43,224 nucleotides of DNA from a bacterium (GCA_031373235.1 JANMMK010000077.1:1-43224), one strand, 5' to 3'; shown: positions 17,691 to 26,345, numbered from the stretch's first letter. Numbers and translations: made by a program. The notes: generated by a model from the letters alone, not told the origin.

Positions 17691-17773
17691 TAATAAAAAT
17701 ATGAATAATGACCGAAACGGTAGAAGTTTTTGTAACCATTTTCAGGAGACACTTTTAGAGTGATACTTTGATT

Positions 17774-18550
17774 TTAAATGAAGTATTTTGACCAACGACG
17801 CTCCCCTGTCTTTTTGATTGATCCTTTGTCCAAAAGTTCTATGAGCTCCCTTTGGATTGTCTTTTCGCTACAGTCTTTTATTTTTGCTGTTATGTCTTTT
17901 ATAGTCACAGGCAATGAAGATTCTTTTATTATATTTATTATTCTATTCTTTCTATCGTCTTTTGTTAAGAAATGAAGGCCTTTGTCCTTTAACTGATATC
18001 CCGACTCTGTGTTCGACTTCTTAAAATTTTGCGAATTATTTCTAAAGGACTTCTCTCTTTCATAAAGGACATTATGTGCCATTTGTCCTTTATAATTTTC
18101 CTCCGTTTTGCTCTGCAACATTGTTTCTACTTTAAAAAAATCTTGCCCGATCTCTGGGAACAAGACACCTGACTTCCCTGACATATTTTTTATTTCCAAA
18201 ACGATATTTTCTATTTCATTCTTAAGTATTTCGGAGTTCATTGTTGATATCAAAGAAGACATTACTCCGAGGTTAATCTGCCTCTCTAAAACCATAAAAA
18301 TTGGAATTAGATTCTCTGGGACAACACCTGACTTATAAGAAGAAAAGGACTCTAGTAGACCGTGGGCTATTTTTCTTAAAGACATTCTTAATGGCTCACT
18401 CGAACTTAAAAGGTCAGAAAGAAGATATAGCGCCTCGCTTACTTTACTGACTTTTTTAAATACATAGTAGTTTGAATGCTGATTTAAAAAGACAACATCA
18501 GCGATCTTCTGTGTCCTATTATCTTGGTTTGATATGATGTCTTTTTCCAT
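17774..18550 (-). CDS. Hypothetical protein with a C-terminal DeoR-like winged HTH
   Basis: 258 aa. The C-terminal segment is VTIKDITAKIKDCSEKTIQRELIELLDKGSIKKTGERRWSKY. The N-terminal region was not recognised. Confidence 0.5.
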   Translation of the reverse strand: MEKDIISNQDNRTQKIADVVFLNQHSNYYVFKKVSKVSEALYLLSDLLSSSEPLRMSLRKIAHGLLESFSSYKSGVVPENLIPIFMVLERQINLGVMSSLISTMNSEILKNEIENIVLEIKNMSGKSGVLFPEIGQDFFKVETMLQSKTEENYKGQMAHNVLYEREKSFRNNSQNFKKSNTESGYQLKDKGLHFLTKDDRKNRIINIIKESSLPVTIKDITAKIKDCSEKTIQRELIELLDKGSIKKTGERRWSKYFI

Positions 18551-18760
18551 ATAGTTTGTCTTTTATAAGATGTAGTTGTCTGATGTGTCCATGATATAAA
18601 AGACACCTTCAAATAGCAAGTGGTGCTTCGGTAAACACCTTTTACAAAGTACAGAAAAGTTCAGCTAAATTTTTATTCCTTTCGTCGCCGGTCGCTCCTC
18701 AAAGTCTTTGTAAAAGGTGTTTCCACTTCGCACTAAAAAGAAAGAAGGAAAGTTGAGAAT

Positions 18761-18810
18761 AGTTAGATAGTTAGATAGTTAGATAGTTAGATAGTTAGAT
18801 AGTTAGATAG
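18761..18810 (+). repeat. Perfect tandem octamer (AGTTAGAT) x 6.25
   Basis: Read directly from the sequence: agttagat repeated six times and then ag. It lies about 80 nt upstream of the ftsK start. Confidence 0.95.
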
Positions 18811-18892
18811 CAAATAAGAAAGAAACAAGGAAAATTATCGACAAACTTTGTGATATAATTTTCTATATATTTATATTATTTTGATTTAAAAA

Positions 18893-21115
18893 ATGGCGAA
18901 AAAATTAAAAGACGAGGAGGAAAAAAATCATACCTCTGAAAGAAGTAACCGAAAGACAAAAGTAAAAGACGAAACAATGCAGAGTATCATTGCGATACTT
19001 TTTTTTGTTCTAGCACTTATTTTTATTCTTGCGAGTTTTAATAAAGCTGGACTTATTGGCCAGAAAACCTACGACACATTCCACTACTTATTTGGTCTTG
19101 GCTACTACCTCGTCCCTATCGTACTCGTGCTCATGGGAATTGCATTTATCAGAAAACTTGAACAACGAGTTCCGCTCTTAAAACTTTTTGGAGGCCTCCT
19201 CCTCTTCCTTTCTTCTCTCTCTGCCGTTGAACTTATCCACGGCGGAAGCGGAGGAAAAATTGGTGGACTACTTGGAGTGCCACTCGTTGCTCTTTTTGAT
19301 ATTTATGGAGGGGCAATTCTACTTCTTGGACTAGTCGTAATTTCTCTTTTTATTATTTTTGATACTCATCTAAAGCGAGACTGGAGTACTCTATTCGGGA
19401 GAAAAACAGAAGAACTTCGAGAGACAGAGGAGCTTTCTTTGACAGAAAAAAAACACTTGGATATTGCAAGTGACAAACTAGAAAAATCTATACCTGAAAA
19501 AAATACCAAACAAGAAACAACCGAAGAAGATGGAGTAGAGAAACCTTCTCTCATAAAAGGCGTCTTCGGGAAAAAGAAAGTTGAAGAAGAGGAGTTTATT
19601 AGTAAAGAACAAATTATCTTTACTAGAAACAAAGCCTATACACCACCTCCAATTAACCTGCTTGAACTAGACAAAGGTAAGCCTGGTGTTGGAGACATCA
19701 AATCGAACGCAAACATTATAAAGAGAACACTGCAAAACTTCGGTATTGATGTTGAAATGGATGAAGTAACCATTGGACCAACTGTCACCCGTTACTCCCT
19801 TAAACCAGCAGAAGGTGTAAAACTTTCAAAAATAGTATCACTCCAAGACAACCTTGCTCTTGCCCTCGCAGCACAAACCATCCGTATTGAAGCGCCAATC
19901 CCTGGAAAGTCACTCGTTGGTATCGAAGTACCGAATACCTCAAAAACAACAGTGGGTCTTGGCTCTCTCATTTCTTCAAAAGAATACCAAACATCGCCAA
20001 AGCCACTTTTGACTACCATTGGTAAAGATGTTTCCGGTGCACCAAAACTAGCTGACCTCGCAAAGATGCCTCACCTGCTTATCGCTGGAACAACTGGATC
20101 AGGAAAATCTGTCACTGTGCACGCCATCCTCACTTCCCTCCTATACCGAAACTCTCCCGACATGCTTAAGTTTATTATGGTTGATGCAAAACGGGTTGAA
20201 CTCACTCTCTACAATAAAATTCCTCACCTACTTACCCCTGTAATCACAGAAGCGAAGAAAACTATCCTTGCACTAAAGTGGGCCGCAAAAGAAATGGATC
20301 GACGATACGATATTCTTGAAAAGGTATCTGTCAGAGATATTAATTCTTACCACAAAAATATAGTTGAGCCGGCACTCAAAAAAGCAGTTGAAGGAGTAGA
20401 AACTCCTGAAACAATGCCTTACATCGTTATTGTGATCGATGAGCTAGCTGACTTGATGCAGGCATACCCAAGAGAACTTGAAGCTGCGATCGTGCGGCTC
20501 GCCCAAATGTCTCGAGCGGTTGGTATACACCTTATTCTATCTACGCAACGACCTTCTGTGAACGTTATTACCGGCCTTATCAAGGCAAACATCCCTACTC
20601 GTATTGCACTTAAGGTAGGAAGTCAGATCGACTCACGGACTATTATTGATAAGGCGGGAGCAGAGAAACTTGTCGGACAAGGAGACATGCTCTTTTCGAC
20701 ACAAGACTCTCCTGAACCTGTTCGTATCCAGTCCCCTTTTATTTCTGAAAATGAGGTTAAGAAAGTTGTGAAATATATTGTTGAAGCTTACAAAGATGAA
20801 GTTCCTGAGCTCGGACTTTCACTTGGAGGCGTACAGGAAGGAGCTGAAGGTAAAAACCCTATATTCGATAGTTCGGGAGATAACGATGATGTAGACGACG
20901 ATTTATACGAGGAAGCAAAACAGACTGTTATACAAGCAGGAAAAGCTTCTACTTCTTATATCCAGAGAAAATTAAGGGTTGGTTATGCTCGCGCAGCTCG
21001 TCTTATGGATATACTTGAGGAAAAAGGTGTTATCGGCCCAGCTGACGGATCGAGACCAAGAGAAGTGATCGGTGCGGACACAAAAGGAACTAGTGTGACT
21101 GAAGGAGAAGAGTAA
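18893..21115 (+). CDS. ftsK: DNA translocase FtsK/SpoIIIE
   Basis: 740 aa with N-terminal TM helices and a charged linker. Motor domain motifs: Walker A GTTGSGKS and Walker B VIVIDELADLM. The C-terminal gamma wHTH reads ASTSYIQRKLRVGYARAARLMD.LE..G. Confidence 0.92.
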   Translation: MAKKLKDEEEKNHTSERSNRKTKVKDETMQSIIAILFFVLALIFILASFNKAGLIGQKTYDTFHYLFGLGYYLVPIVLVLMGIAFIRKLEQRVPLLKLFGGLLLFLSSLSAVELIHGGSGGKIGGLLGVPLVALFDIYGGAILLLGLVVISLFIIFDTHLKRDWSTLFGRKTEELRETEELSLTEKKHLDIASDKLEKSIPEKNTKQETTEEDGVEKPSLIKGVFGKKKVEEEEFISKEQIIFTRNKAYTPPPINLLELDKGKPGVGDIKSNANIIKRTLQNFGIDVEMDEVTIGPTVTRYSLKPAEGVKLSKIVSLQDNLALALAAQTIRIEAPIPGKSLVGIEVPNTSKTTVGLGSLISSKEYQTSPKPLLTTIGKDVSGAPKLADLAKMPHLLIAGTTGSGKSVTVHAILTSLLYRNSPDMLKFIMVDAKRVELTLYNKIPHLLTPVITEAKKTILALKWAAKEMDRRYDILEKVSVRDINSYHKNIVEPALKKAVEGVETPETMPYIVIVIDELADLMQAYPRELEAAIVRLAQMSRAVGIHLILSTQRPSVNVITGLIKANIPTRIALKVGSQIDSRTIIDKAGAEKLVGQGDMLFSTQDSPEPVRIQSPFISENEVKKVVKYIVEAYKDEVPELGLSLGGVQEGAEGKNPIFDSSGDNDDVDDDLYEEAKQTVIQAGKASTSYIQRKLRVGYARAARLMDILEEKGVIGPADGSRPREVIGADTKGTSVTEGEE

Positions 21116-21120
21116 GCTGA

Positions 21121-21150
21121 AGTTAATAGTTTATAGTTAATGGTTAATAG
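21121..21150 (+). repeat. Heptad AGTTNNN array
   Basis: AGTTAAT AGTTTAT AGTTAAT GGTTAAT AG, starting 6 nt after the ftsK stop. Confidence 0.6.
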
Positions 21151-21226
21151 TATTCAGAAAAGAGATAAATTTGATACTGCTGACATCCATAAAAGATAGA
21201 AAATAATAAACAAAGAACTTACAAAG

Positions 21227-21637
21227 ATGAAAAAATATGGAATTGTTATATTTTTGGTGCTTTTTTTGGGATACGGACTTTTTGAAATCAAAAAATTAGT
21301 CTTTGGACCGACTTTATCCATAACATCGCCCCAAAATGGAGAATCTTTTAGAGAACAGACTGTACTAATAACCGGAGCGACTTCAAACGTTTCTTTCATC
21401 AGACTTAATGACAGACAAATTTTTGTTGATAAAAAAGGCGTCTTTAGGGAACCATTAACCCTACTTTCAGGATATAATATAGTAAGAGTAGAAGTAGAAG
21501 ATAGGTTTGGCAAAAAAGTGACAAAAGAGTTAAAATTATTCCTGTACCCAGAAGGATTTCAAAAGGCGCTTAAAAACTCTTCCTCTACCCCATCAACTGC
21601 AAGTAGCACACAGGCCAGTACAACTATTAGTAACTAA
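21227..21637 (+). CDS. Membrane-anchored protein with an Ig-like domain and an S/T-rich tail
   Basis: 136 aa with an N-terminal TM helix followed by a beta-sandwich-like segment (ITSPQNGESF....VLITG......I.LN...). It is preferred over the overlapping antisense ORF 21154..21513. Confidence 0.55.
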   Translation: MKKYGIVIFLVLFLGYGLFEIKKLVFGPTLSITSPQNGESFREQTVLITGATSNVSFIRLNDRQIFVDKKGVFREPLTLLSGYNIVRVEVEDRFGKKVTKELKLFLYPEGFQKALKNSSSTPSTASSTQASTTISN

Positions 21638-21643
21638 AAAATT

Positions 21644-22708
21644 ATGGTAAAGAAAAAAGAAAAAGAACCAAAAAAAACAAGCTCAGGAATTGACGATGCG
21701 ATTCGAGCAATCAAAACAAAATTTGGAGATGAATCAATTATGAAACTTGGTGACAGTCCGAAAGTTGACGTGGGTGTCATCCCTACTGGTTCACTTGGAC
21801 TCGATAGTGCTCTTGGGATTGGTGGACTTCCAAGGGGAAGAATCATCGAAATATTTGGCCCTGAGTCATCTGGTAAAACAACACTTACTCTTCATGTCAT
21901 TGCTGAAGCACAAAAAATGGGAGGTGTTTGTGCTTTTATAGATGCAGAGCACGCAATGGATCCTGAATACTCAAAAAGAATTGGGGTAAAAACCGACGAG
22001 CTTCTTATCAGTCAACCTGACAACGGAGAACAGGCGCTCGAAATTGTTGACTCACTTGTTCGAACTGGAAAGATTGATGTGATCGTTATCGACTCGGTTG
22101 CTGCACTTACCCCAAGAGACGAAATCGAGGGAGATATGGGAGCGCACCATGTTGGTAAACAAGCGCGTCTAATGGCTCAGGCGCTTCGCAAGCTAACCGC
22201 TATCGTTGCTCGAAGCAAAACTATGGTTATCTTTATTAACCAAATACGAATGCAGATTGGAGTAATGTTTGGAAATCCAGAAACAACTCCTGGAGGAAAG
22301 GCGCTCAAGTTCTATACTTCCGTCCGACTTGATATCAGAAGAATTGCTCAAATAAAGAAAGGCGAAGAAATCATGGGAGGAAGAGTTAGAGTAAAAGTTG
22401 TTAAAAACAAAGTCGGTTCCCCTTTCAAACAAACAGAATTTGACCTTATGTATAACGAAGGAATTTCTAAAGAAGGTGAAATTATGGCTCTAGGAGAGAA
22501 AATGGGTCTCCTACAGAAAGCTGGCAACTCTTACAAATACGGAGACATGGTTTTAGGTCGTGGATATGATGCAACAAGACAATTTCTTAGAGAAAATACT
22601 AAAGTGTCAGAAGAATTACTCGGCAAGATTCGTAAGTTTATGAAAGAAGGCGGATTTAATGCTATCCCTACCCCAGCTGACTTGAGTGAAGAGAAGCCGG
22701 AGGAATAG
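21644..22708 (+). CDS. recA: Recombinase RecA
   Basis: 354 aa. Motifs: [32 protein letters not shown] (Walker A), [20 protein letters not shown] and FINQIR. Confidence 0.97.
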   Translation: MVKKKEKEPKKTSSGIDDAIRAIKTKFGDESIMKLGDSPKVDVGVIPTGSLGLDSALGIGGLPRGRIIEIFGPESSGKTTLTLHVIAEAQKMGGVCAFIDAEHAMDPEYSKRIGVKTDELLISQPDNGEQALEIVDSLVRTGKIDVIVIDSVAALTPRDEIEGDMGAHHVGKQARLMAQALRKLTAIVARSKTMVIFINQIRMQIGVMFGNPETTPGGKALKFYTSVRLDIRRIAQIKKGEEIMGGRVRVKVVKNKVGSPFKQTEFDLMYNEGISKEGEIMALGEKMGLLQKAGNSYKYGDMVLGRGYDATRQFLRENTKVSEELLGKIRKFMKEGGFNAIPTPADLSEEKPEE

Positions 22709-22745
22709 TTTTGGAAGTTAAGAGTTACTAGTTAAAAGTTGATAG
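22707..22745 (+). repeat. Heptad AGTTNNN array
   Basis: AGTTTTGGA AGTTAAG AGTTACT AGTTAAA AGTTGAT AG. It begins inside the recA stop codon and fills the spacer up to the next ORF. Confidence 0.6.
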
Positions 22746-23132
22746 ATGGAAGAAACAAAAGGAGAAACTTCAAGGAGAATTAACTACAAAAGTCTTTTAT
22801 TTACTATTGGACTCGGAGTGACACTCATACTACCCTCTTTTTCTAAAGACAACAGAATAAACTTCTTTAGTATCTATGAAAATTTTTCTATGCTTTTTTT
22901 TCTATTACTACTTATGGGATTTTTTTTTAGTTTTTCGAAGATAAGTTCAAACGCTGGTAAAATTTTTGAATTAAACATAGGTTTATTATTTCTGGTTCAT
23001 TTAACTTTCTCTTTAGCAATTTTATTTTTAAGAAGTGAAGCTGGTTTTGGTTTACTTATTTTTTACCCAGTAATTGGAATACTAGTCACCTCGAGCATGG
23101 TTTCATTCTTTGTAGCTTTAGCAAAAAAATAG
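22746..23132 (+). CDS. Hypothetical four-helix membrane protein
   Basis: 128-aa hydrophobic ORF directly after recA. Confidence 0.5.
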   Translation: MEETKGETSRRINYKSLLFTIGLGVTLILPSFSKDNRINFFSIYENFSMLFFLLLLMGFFFSFSKISSNAGKIFELNIGLLFLVHLTFSLAILFLRSEAGFGLLIFYPVIGILVTSSMVSFFVALAKK

Positions 23133-23394
23133 CTTTAAAGCTCCACCTGACTTACAGTACCGCGTTCCTAAAGCACGCACAGTCTTAACCTAAGCCCAGT
23201 AAGTTCGATCTTCTCTTAGACCTCGAAACTTTTTGACTAATACTTAACAATTTAGTTATGCACACCTTGTCCACCTCTGAGCTTGAAAGTTTATTGTTTA
23301 TAAATAGAATGGAACTAAAGGTCCACTTACTAATTGCTTACTAACTAATCCCCTGCCAATCACTTTAGACTGAAAAGAATCTAAAAAAAATAAT

Positions 23395-23643
23395 ATGGAT
23401 ACTACAAAAAAAGATTACAAGATTTTGGTTATCTGGGTTTTACTTATCGCCCTTATTGTTCTAACTATCTTGTATGTAAGAGAAATTAAAAAACCAGACT
23501 CGCTCACTACATTTCGAGATTTACTAATTCAAAAAAGCCAGAATTTGAGTGAAGAATGTAAAGACATAAAGACAACTAAAGGAAAAGAACGCTGTGTAGA
23601 AGCACTTCAAAGCACTAACGAAGCAATGGAAACCATAAAATAG
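23395..23643 (+). CDS. Small membrane-anchored hypothetical protein
   Basis: 82 aa with one N-terminal TM helix, followed by a strong terminator. Confidence 0.45.
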   Translation: MDTTKKDYKILVIWVLLIALIVLTILYVREIKKPDSLTTFRDLLIQKSQNLSEECKDIKTTKGKERCVEALQSTNEAMETIK

Positions 23644-23665
23644 GTTTATTCTTGTTAAAAAAATC

Positions 23666-23702
23666 AGCCTGGGATTGCTTTGCAATCCCAGGCTTTTTTT
23701 TC
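23666..23702. terminator. Bidirectional rho-independent terminator between convergent genes
   Basis: AGCCTGGGATTGC-ttt-GCAATCCCAGGCT (13-bp perfect stem) with an A run upstream and a T run downstream. Confidence 0.88.
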
Positions 23703-23722
23703 ACCACACTTTTTCGAGGAAA

Positions 23723-24103
23723 CTACTCCCCTAAAGACAACACCACCTTAACCCTTTTCCCGACTTTAGTCTGGAGAAAGCCTTCGGCTCCGTTCACGTA
23801 AGAAGGAGGAATGGCACCACCTTCACTTTGATAAATGCACCCTGTCGGACGAGGAGAAGTGGCTGACTCCGCCATTCTTGCTTCGATATCGAAGACCCAC
23901 CCAACTCCAGCGTGGTAAGTAACCCGTTTTGGCCGAAGCATTGATTCTCTGGCCTTTTTGTTTGCAGGTTTCCAATTACCGAATGTATTCTTGGGGTAGC
24001 GCGCCCAGCCCACATCCCCTGCTTTCGGATTTGAAGCCAAACACTCGAGACGATGGTTGGTAAACGCAACAATCTCACTTCTCTTAACCTGTACCGTATT
24101 CAT
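23723..24103 (-). CDS. Hypothetical cytoplasmic protein (GC-rich orphan)
   Basis: 126-aa ORF. A sample line is about 53% G+C, against AT-rich flanks. There is no signal peptide and no recognised motif. Confidence 0.45.
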   Translation of the reverse strand: MNTVQVKRSEIVAFTNHRLECLASNPKAGDVGWARYPKNTFGNWKPANKKARESMLRPKRVTYHAGVGWVFDIEARMAESATSPRPTGCIYQSEGGAIPPSYVNGAEGFLQTKVGKRVKVVLSLGE

Positions 24104-24159
24104 GATATTTTTTGTGTAAGTGACAATGTGCTTTCGTCTTATCTGTCACAAAGATAAAA

Positions 24160-24195
24160 CAAAACGAGCCCCCGTATTGAGGACTCGTTTTTGTT
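24160..24195 (-). terminator. Possible terminator downstream of efp
   Basis: ACGAGCC...GGaCTCGT, an imperfect stem with T/A runs on both sides. Confidence 0.4.
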
Positions 24196-24306
24196 TATTG
24201 TTTTAAAAATTATTTAAAGCGACATAAGCAAAAACCAACCCTCAATTGTGTTGAAGTTTTAGTTGTCCGCGTTGTGTTATTAAATAGATTGTATTTCATT
24301 TTTTTA

Positions 24307-24873
24307 TTATGCTCTTTCTGCGTACTCGCCTGTTTCTGTATTTATTCGAAGAATATCTCCTTCGTTGATAAACATTGGCACATTGAGTGTCGCACCTGTC
24401 TCAAGAGTCACAAGTTTGTTACCACCCTTTGCTGTATCCCCTTTCACCGCTGGGTGCGCTTCTGTTACCTTGAGTTCAACTTTGATTGGAAGCTTCACTC
24501 CGATAACAAGCTCACCAAACATAAGTAAGTCAACCACTGAGTTTGTTTTGATAAATTTCATCCCGTCTCCAAGAGTCACCTCACTAATCTTAAACCTATT
24601 TGCAGGATTTTTTACATCACAAAACCAAAACTCTCCTTTATTTGTATACAGATACTTCGCTTCTTTCTTTTCTATTTCTGCTTCTGGCACCTTATCTGAA
24701 GCATGGAAAGTCATTTCTGTAACTCTCCCCGAGATCATATTCTTAAGCTTTGTCTTGTTCTGTGGTTTTCTTTGTTGCATACGAAAAATATGCGCATCAA
24801 TCACCTCGTAAGGTTCCTTATCAACAATAATATATTTCCGAGTTAATATTTCGTTGTAGTCGAGCATTGACAT
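24307..24873 (-). CDS. efp: Elongation factor P
   Basis: 188 aa that aligns without gaps to remembered E. coli EF-P through domain I. C-terminal motifs: HPAVKGDTA.GG.K..TLETGA...VP.FI..GD.I...T..GEY..R. Confidence 0.92.
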   Translation of the reverse strand: MSMLDYNEILTRKYIIVDKEPYEVIDAHIFRMQQRKPQNKTKLKNMISGRVTEMTFHASDKVPEAEIEKKEAKYLYTNKGEFWFCDVKNPANRFKISEVTLGDGMKFIKTNSVVDLLMFGELVIGVKLPIKVELKVTEAHPAVKGDTAKGGNKLVTLETGATLNVPMFINEGDILRINTETGEYAERA

Positions 24874-24876
24874 AAA

Positions 24877-24907
24877 TAGTTGGTAGTTAGTAGTTTATAG
24901 TTGGTAG
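24877..24907 (+). repeat. Heptad TAGTTNN array
   Basis: TAGTTGG TAGTTAG TAGTTTA TAGTTGG TAG, in the spacer between rpsR and efp (both minus-strand genes). Confidence 0.6.
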
Positions 24908-24922
24908 AAAAATACCAAAAGA

Positions 24923-25129
24923 CTATCGAGAGAGATATGGAATAAGAGCCATGAAACGAGCTCGCTTGATTGCAAGTGCTAGCTTTCTTTGGTTCTTAGA
25001 ACAAACACCAGTTCTTTTTTTTGAAAGAATTCTAGCGCTTGGATTTAGAAATTTCTTAAGGATTTCTGTATCTTTGTAATCTACTTCTGGAATATTATTT
25101 TGCTTAAAAAAGCATTGTTTACTGTTCAT
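24923..25129 (-). CDS. rpsR: 30S ribosomal protein S18
   Basis: 68 aa. Motifs: IDYKD...LK.F......I...R.TG.C...QR.LA.AIKRAR..AL.PY. Confidence 0.9.
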   Translation of the reverse strand: MNSKQCFFKQNNIPEVDYKDTEILKKFLNPSARILSKKRTGVCSKNQRKLALAIKRARFMALIPYLSR

Positions 25130-25177
25130 ACTATGTAATGTTAAATTTTAAATTCTTAGATATCGCTTTGAGAGAGA

Positions 25178-25642
25178 TTAAAATGGAATGTCTTCGATAT
25201 TTATTTCTTCTTCAGGATATTGTATCTCACTTGGAGCACCTGCATCTTTCGAGGTAGATTTTGGAGCGCTGTCAGATGGACCTCTTGATTCAAAGTTTCC
25301 ACCAGTACTTCCTCCTGTCTTTGGACCAAACTGAAAGTTTTCTGCAATAATTTCTGTCCGATATTTTTTGCTTCCATCGGTCGCATCCCAACTTCTTGTT
25401 TGTAGTCTTCCTTCAATAAAGATAGGGTTTCCTTTCCTCATATATTGATCAACGAGCTCCGCCTGTTTCCCAAACACCACTACATTGTGATACTCAACAG
25501 CTTCTTTCTTGCTTCCATCTTTGTCTCGCCACACCCTGTTAGTTGCAACAGATAGATTGGCTACCTTTATACCGGAAGGAAGAGCTTTTACCTCAGGATC
25601 CCTTGTAAGATTTCCGTAGATTTGAGCTTTGTTGATATACAT
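25178..25642 (-). CDS. ssb: Single-stranded DNA-binding protein
   Basis: 154 aa with an OB fold (N...I.GNLTRDPE........V....VATNR.W.D......E...H.VV.FG..AE) and a Gly-rich tail ending in the acidic tip EDIPF. Confidence 0.93.
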   Translation of the reverse strand: MYINKAQIYGNLTRDPEVKALPSGIKVANLSVATNRVWRDKDGSKKEAVEYHNVVVFGKQAELVDQYMRKGNPIFIEGRLQTRSWDATDGSKKYRTEIIAENFQFGPKTGGSTGGNFESRGPSDSAPKSTSKDAGAPSEIQYPEEEINIEDIPF

Positions 25643-25644
25643 TT

Positions 25645-25675
25645 TAGTTAATAGTTATGAGTTAATTGTTACTAG
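25645..25675 (+). repeat. Heptad TAGTTNN array
   Basis: TAGTTAA TAGTTAT GAGTTAA TTGTTAC TAG, in the spacer between rpsF and ssb. Confidence 0.55.
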
Positions 25676-25700
25676 GAGTGAGTAAACACCCTTCTAGCAA

Positions 25701-26177
25701 TTATACCACGAGCTCTTCGATTGCTTTATCAACCTCTGCTTCGTTTACCTCAACCTTCTCTCCCTCCTTAGCATCCTCTTTCTTTGGAGCTCCTGTCATT
25801 TTTTCCTTTTGAATGAACTTCTGTGTATAGAGTGTGTTCTCTCTAATAGTCTTTACTACGAGAAATCGCACAATATTTTCTAGTTTCTCAACCCCCTTCG
25901 TAAATGTAGCGATACTTTCAGCATCTGCTTCGAACTTAATCCATCCAAAATAGCACTCTTTAAAGATCTTCTTAGATCCTTTGATCACCTTTGAAAGTGA
26001 ATACGCAAGAGGACGCAACTTTGGAAAGTCTTCAGAAATCACTTCACCCTTGATTTTCTCAATGAGTGCTTTGATTCCTTCAACTTCGTGAGAGATATTG
26101 TCTTCTCCCACAAACGGAGCAACATGGAAGCCTATTTCGTAGACCTTCACATTGTCCTTAGTAGCGGTTTCTGTCAT
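25701..26177 (-). CDS. rpsF: 30S ribosomal protein S6 with a charged C-terminal extension
   Basis: 158 aa. It holds the conserved rpsF-ssb-rpsR position and has the S6-like pattern YEI.F...P.........I.......I...GG.I.....L.....AY...K......Y...F.A......F........IVRFLVVK. Confidence 0.75.
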   Translation of the reverse strand: MTETATKDNVKVYEIGFHVAPFVGEDNISHEVEGIKALIEKIKGEVISEDFPKLRPLAYSLSKVIKGSKKIFKECYFGWIKFEADAESIATFTKGVEKLENIVRFLVVKTIRENTLYTQKFIQKEKMTGAPKKEDAKEGEKVEVNEAEVDKAIEELVV

Positions 26178-26307
26178 GTGTTTATATATATTAATAATAA
26201 AAAGCCGTCTAAACGGCAGATACTAAAGTAACATAAAAGATATGACTTAACAAGAACACCGCCTTCAATTTCTAGCTACTTTTTTAAATTACTCTTAAAA
26301 TCAAAAA

Positions 26308-26336
26308 TTGACAAAATACCGTCATTCTATTTTAAT
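26308..26336 (+). promoter_or_regulatory. Sigma70-like promoter
   Basis: TTGACA, a 17-nt spacer, then TTTAAT, ending 9 nt before the ATG at 26346. Confidence 0.4.
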
Positions 26337-26345
26337 TAAGAAAAT

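Noticed and set aside
18761-18810. Tandem repeat considered as a possible CRISPR array.
   Set aside because: The units are 8 nt long and contiguous with no spacers, and no cas genes are present. It is a microsatellite.
21154-21513. The 119-aa minus-strand ORF that overlaps 21227..21637.
   Set aside because: The plus-strand ORF has a clean signal/anchor helix and an Ig-like pattern, and it continues the ftsK-recA strand. The minus-strand translation is low-complexity.
23133-23394. The 260-nt spacer of slightly elevated GC, examined for a tRNA or ncRNA.
   Set aside because: I found no cloverleaf, conserved RNA motif or convincing promoter/terminator pair, so it is left unannotated.
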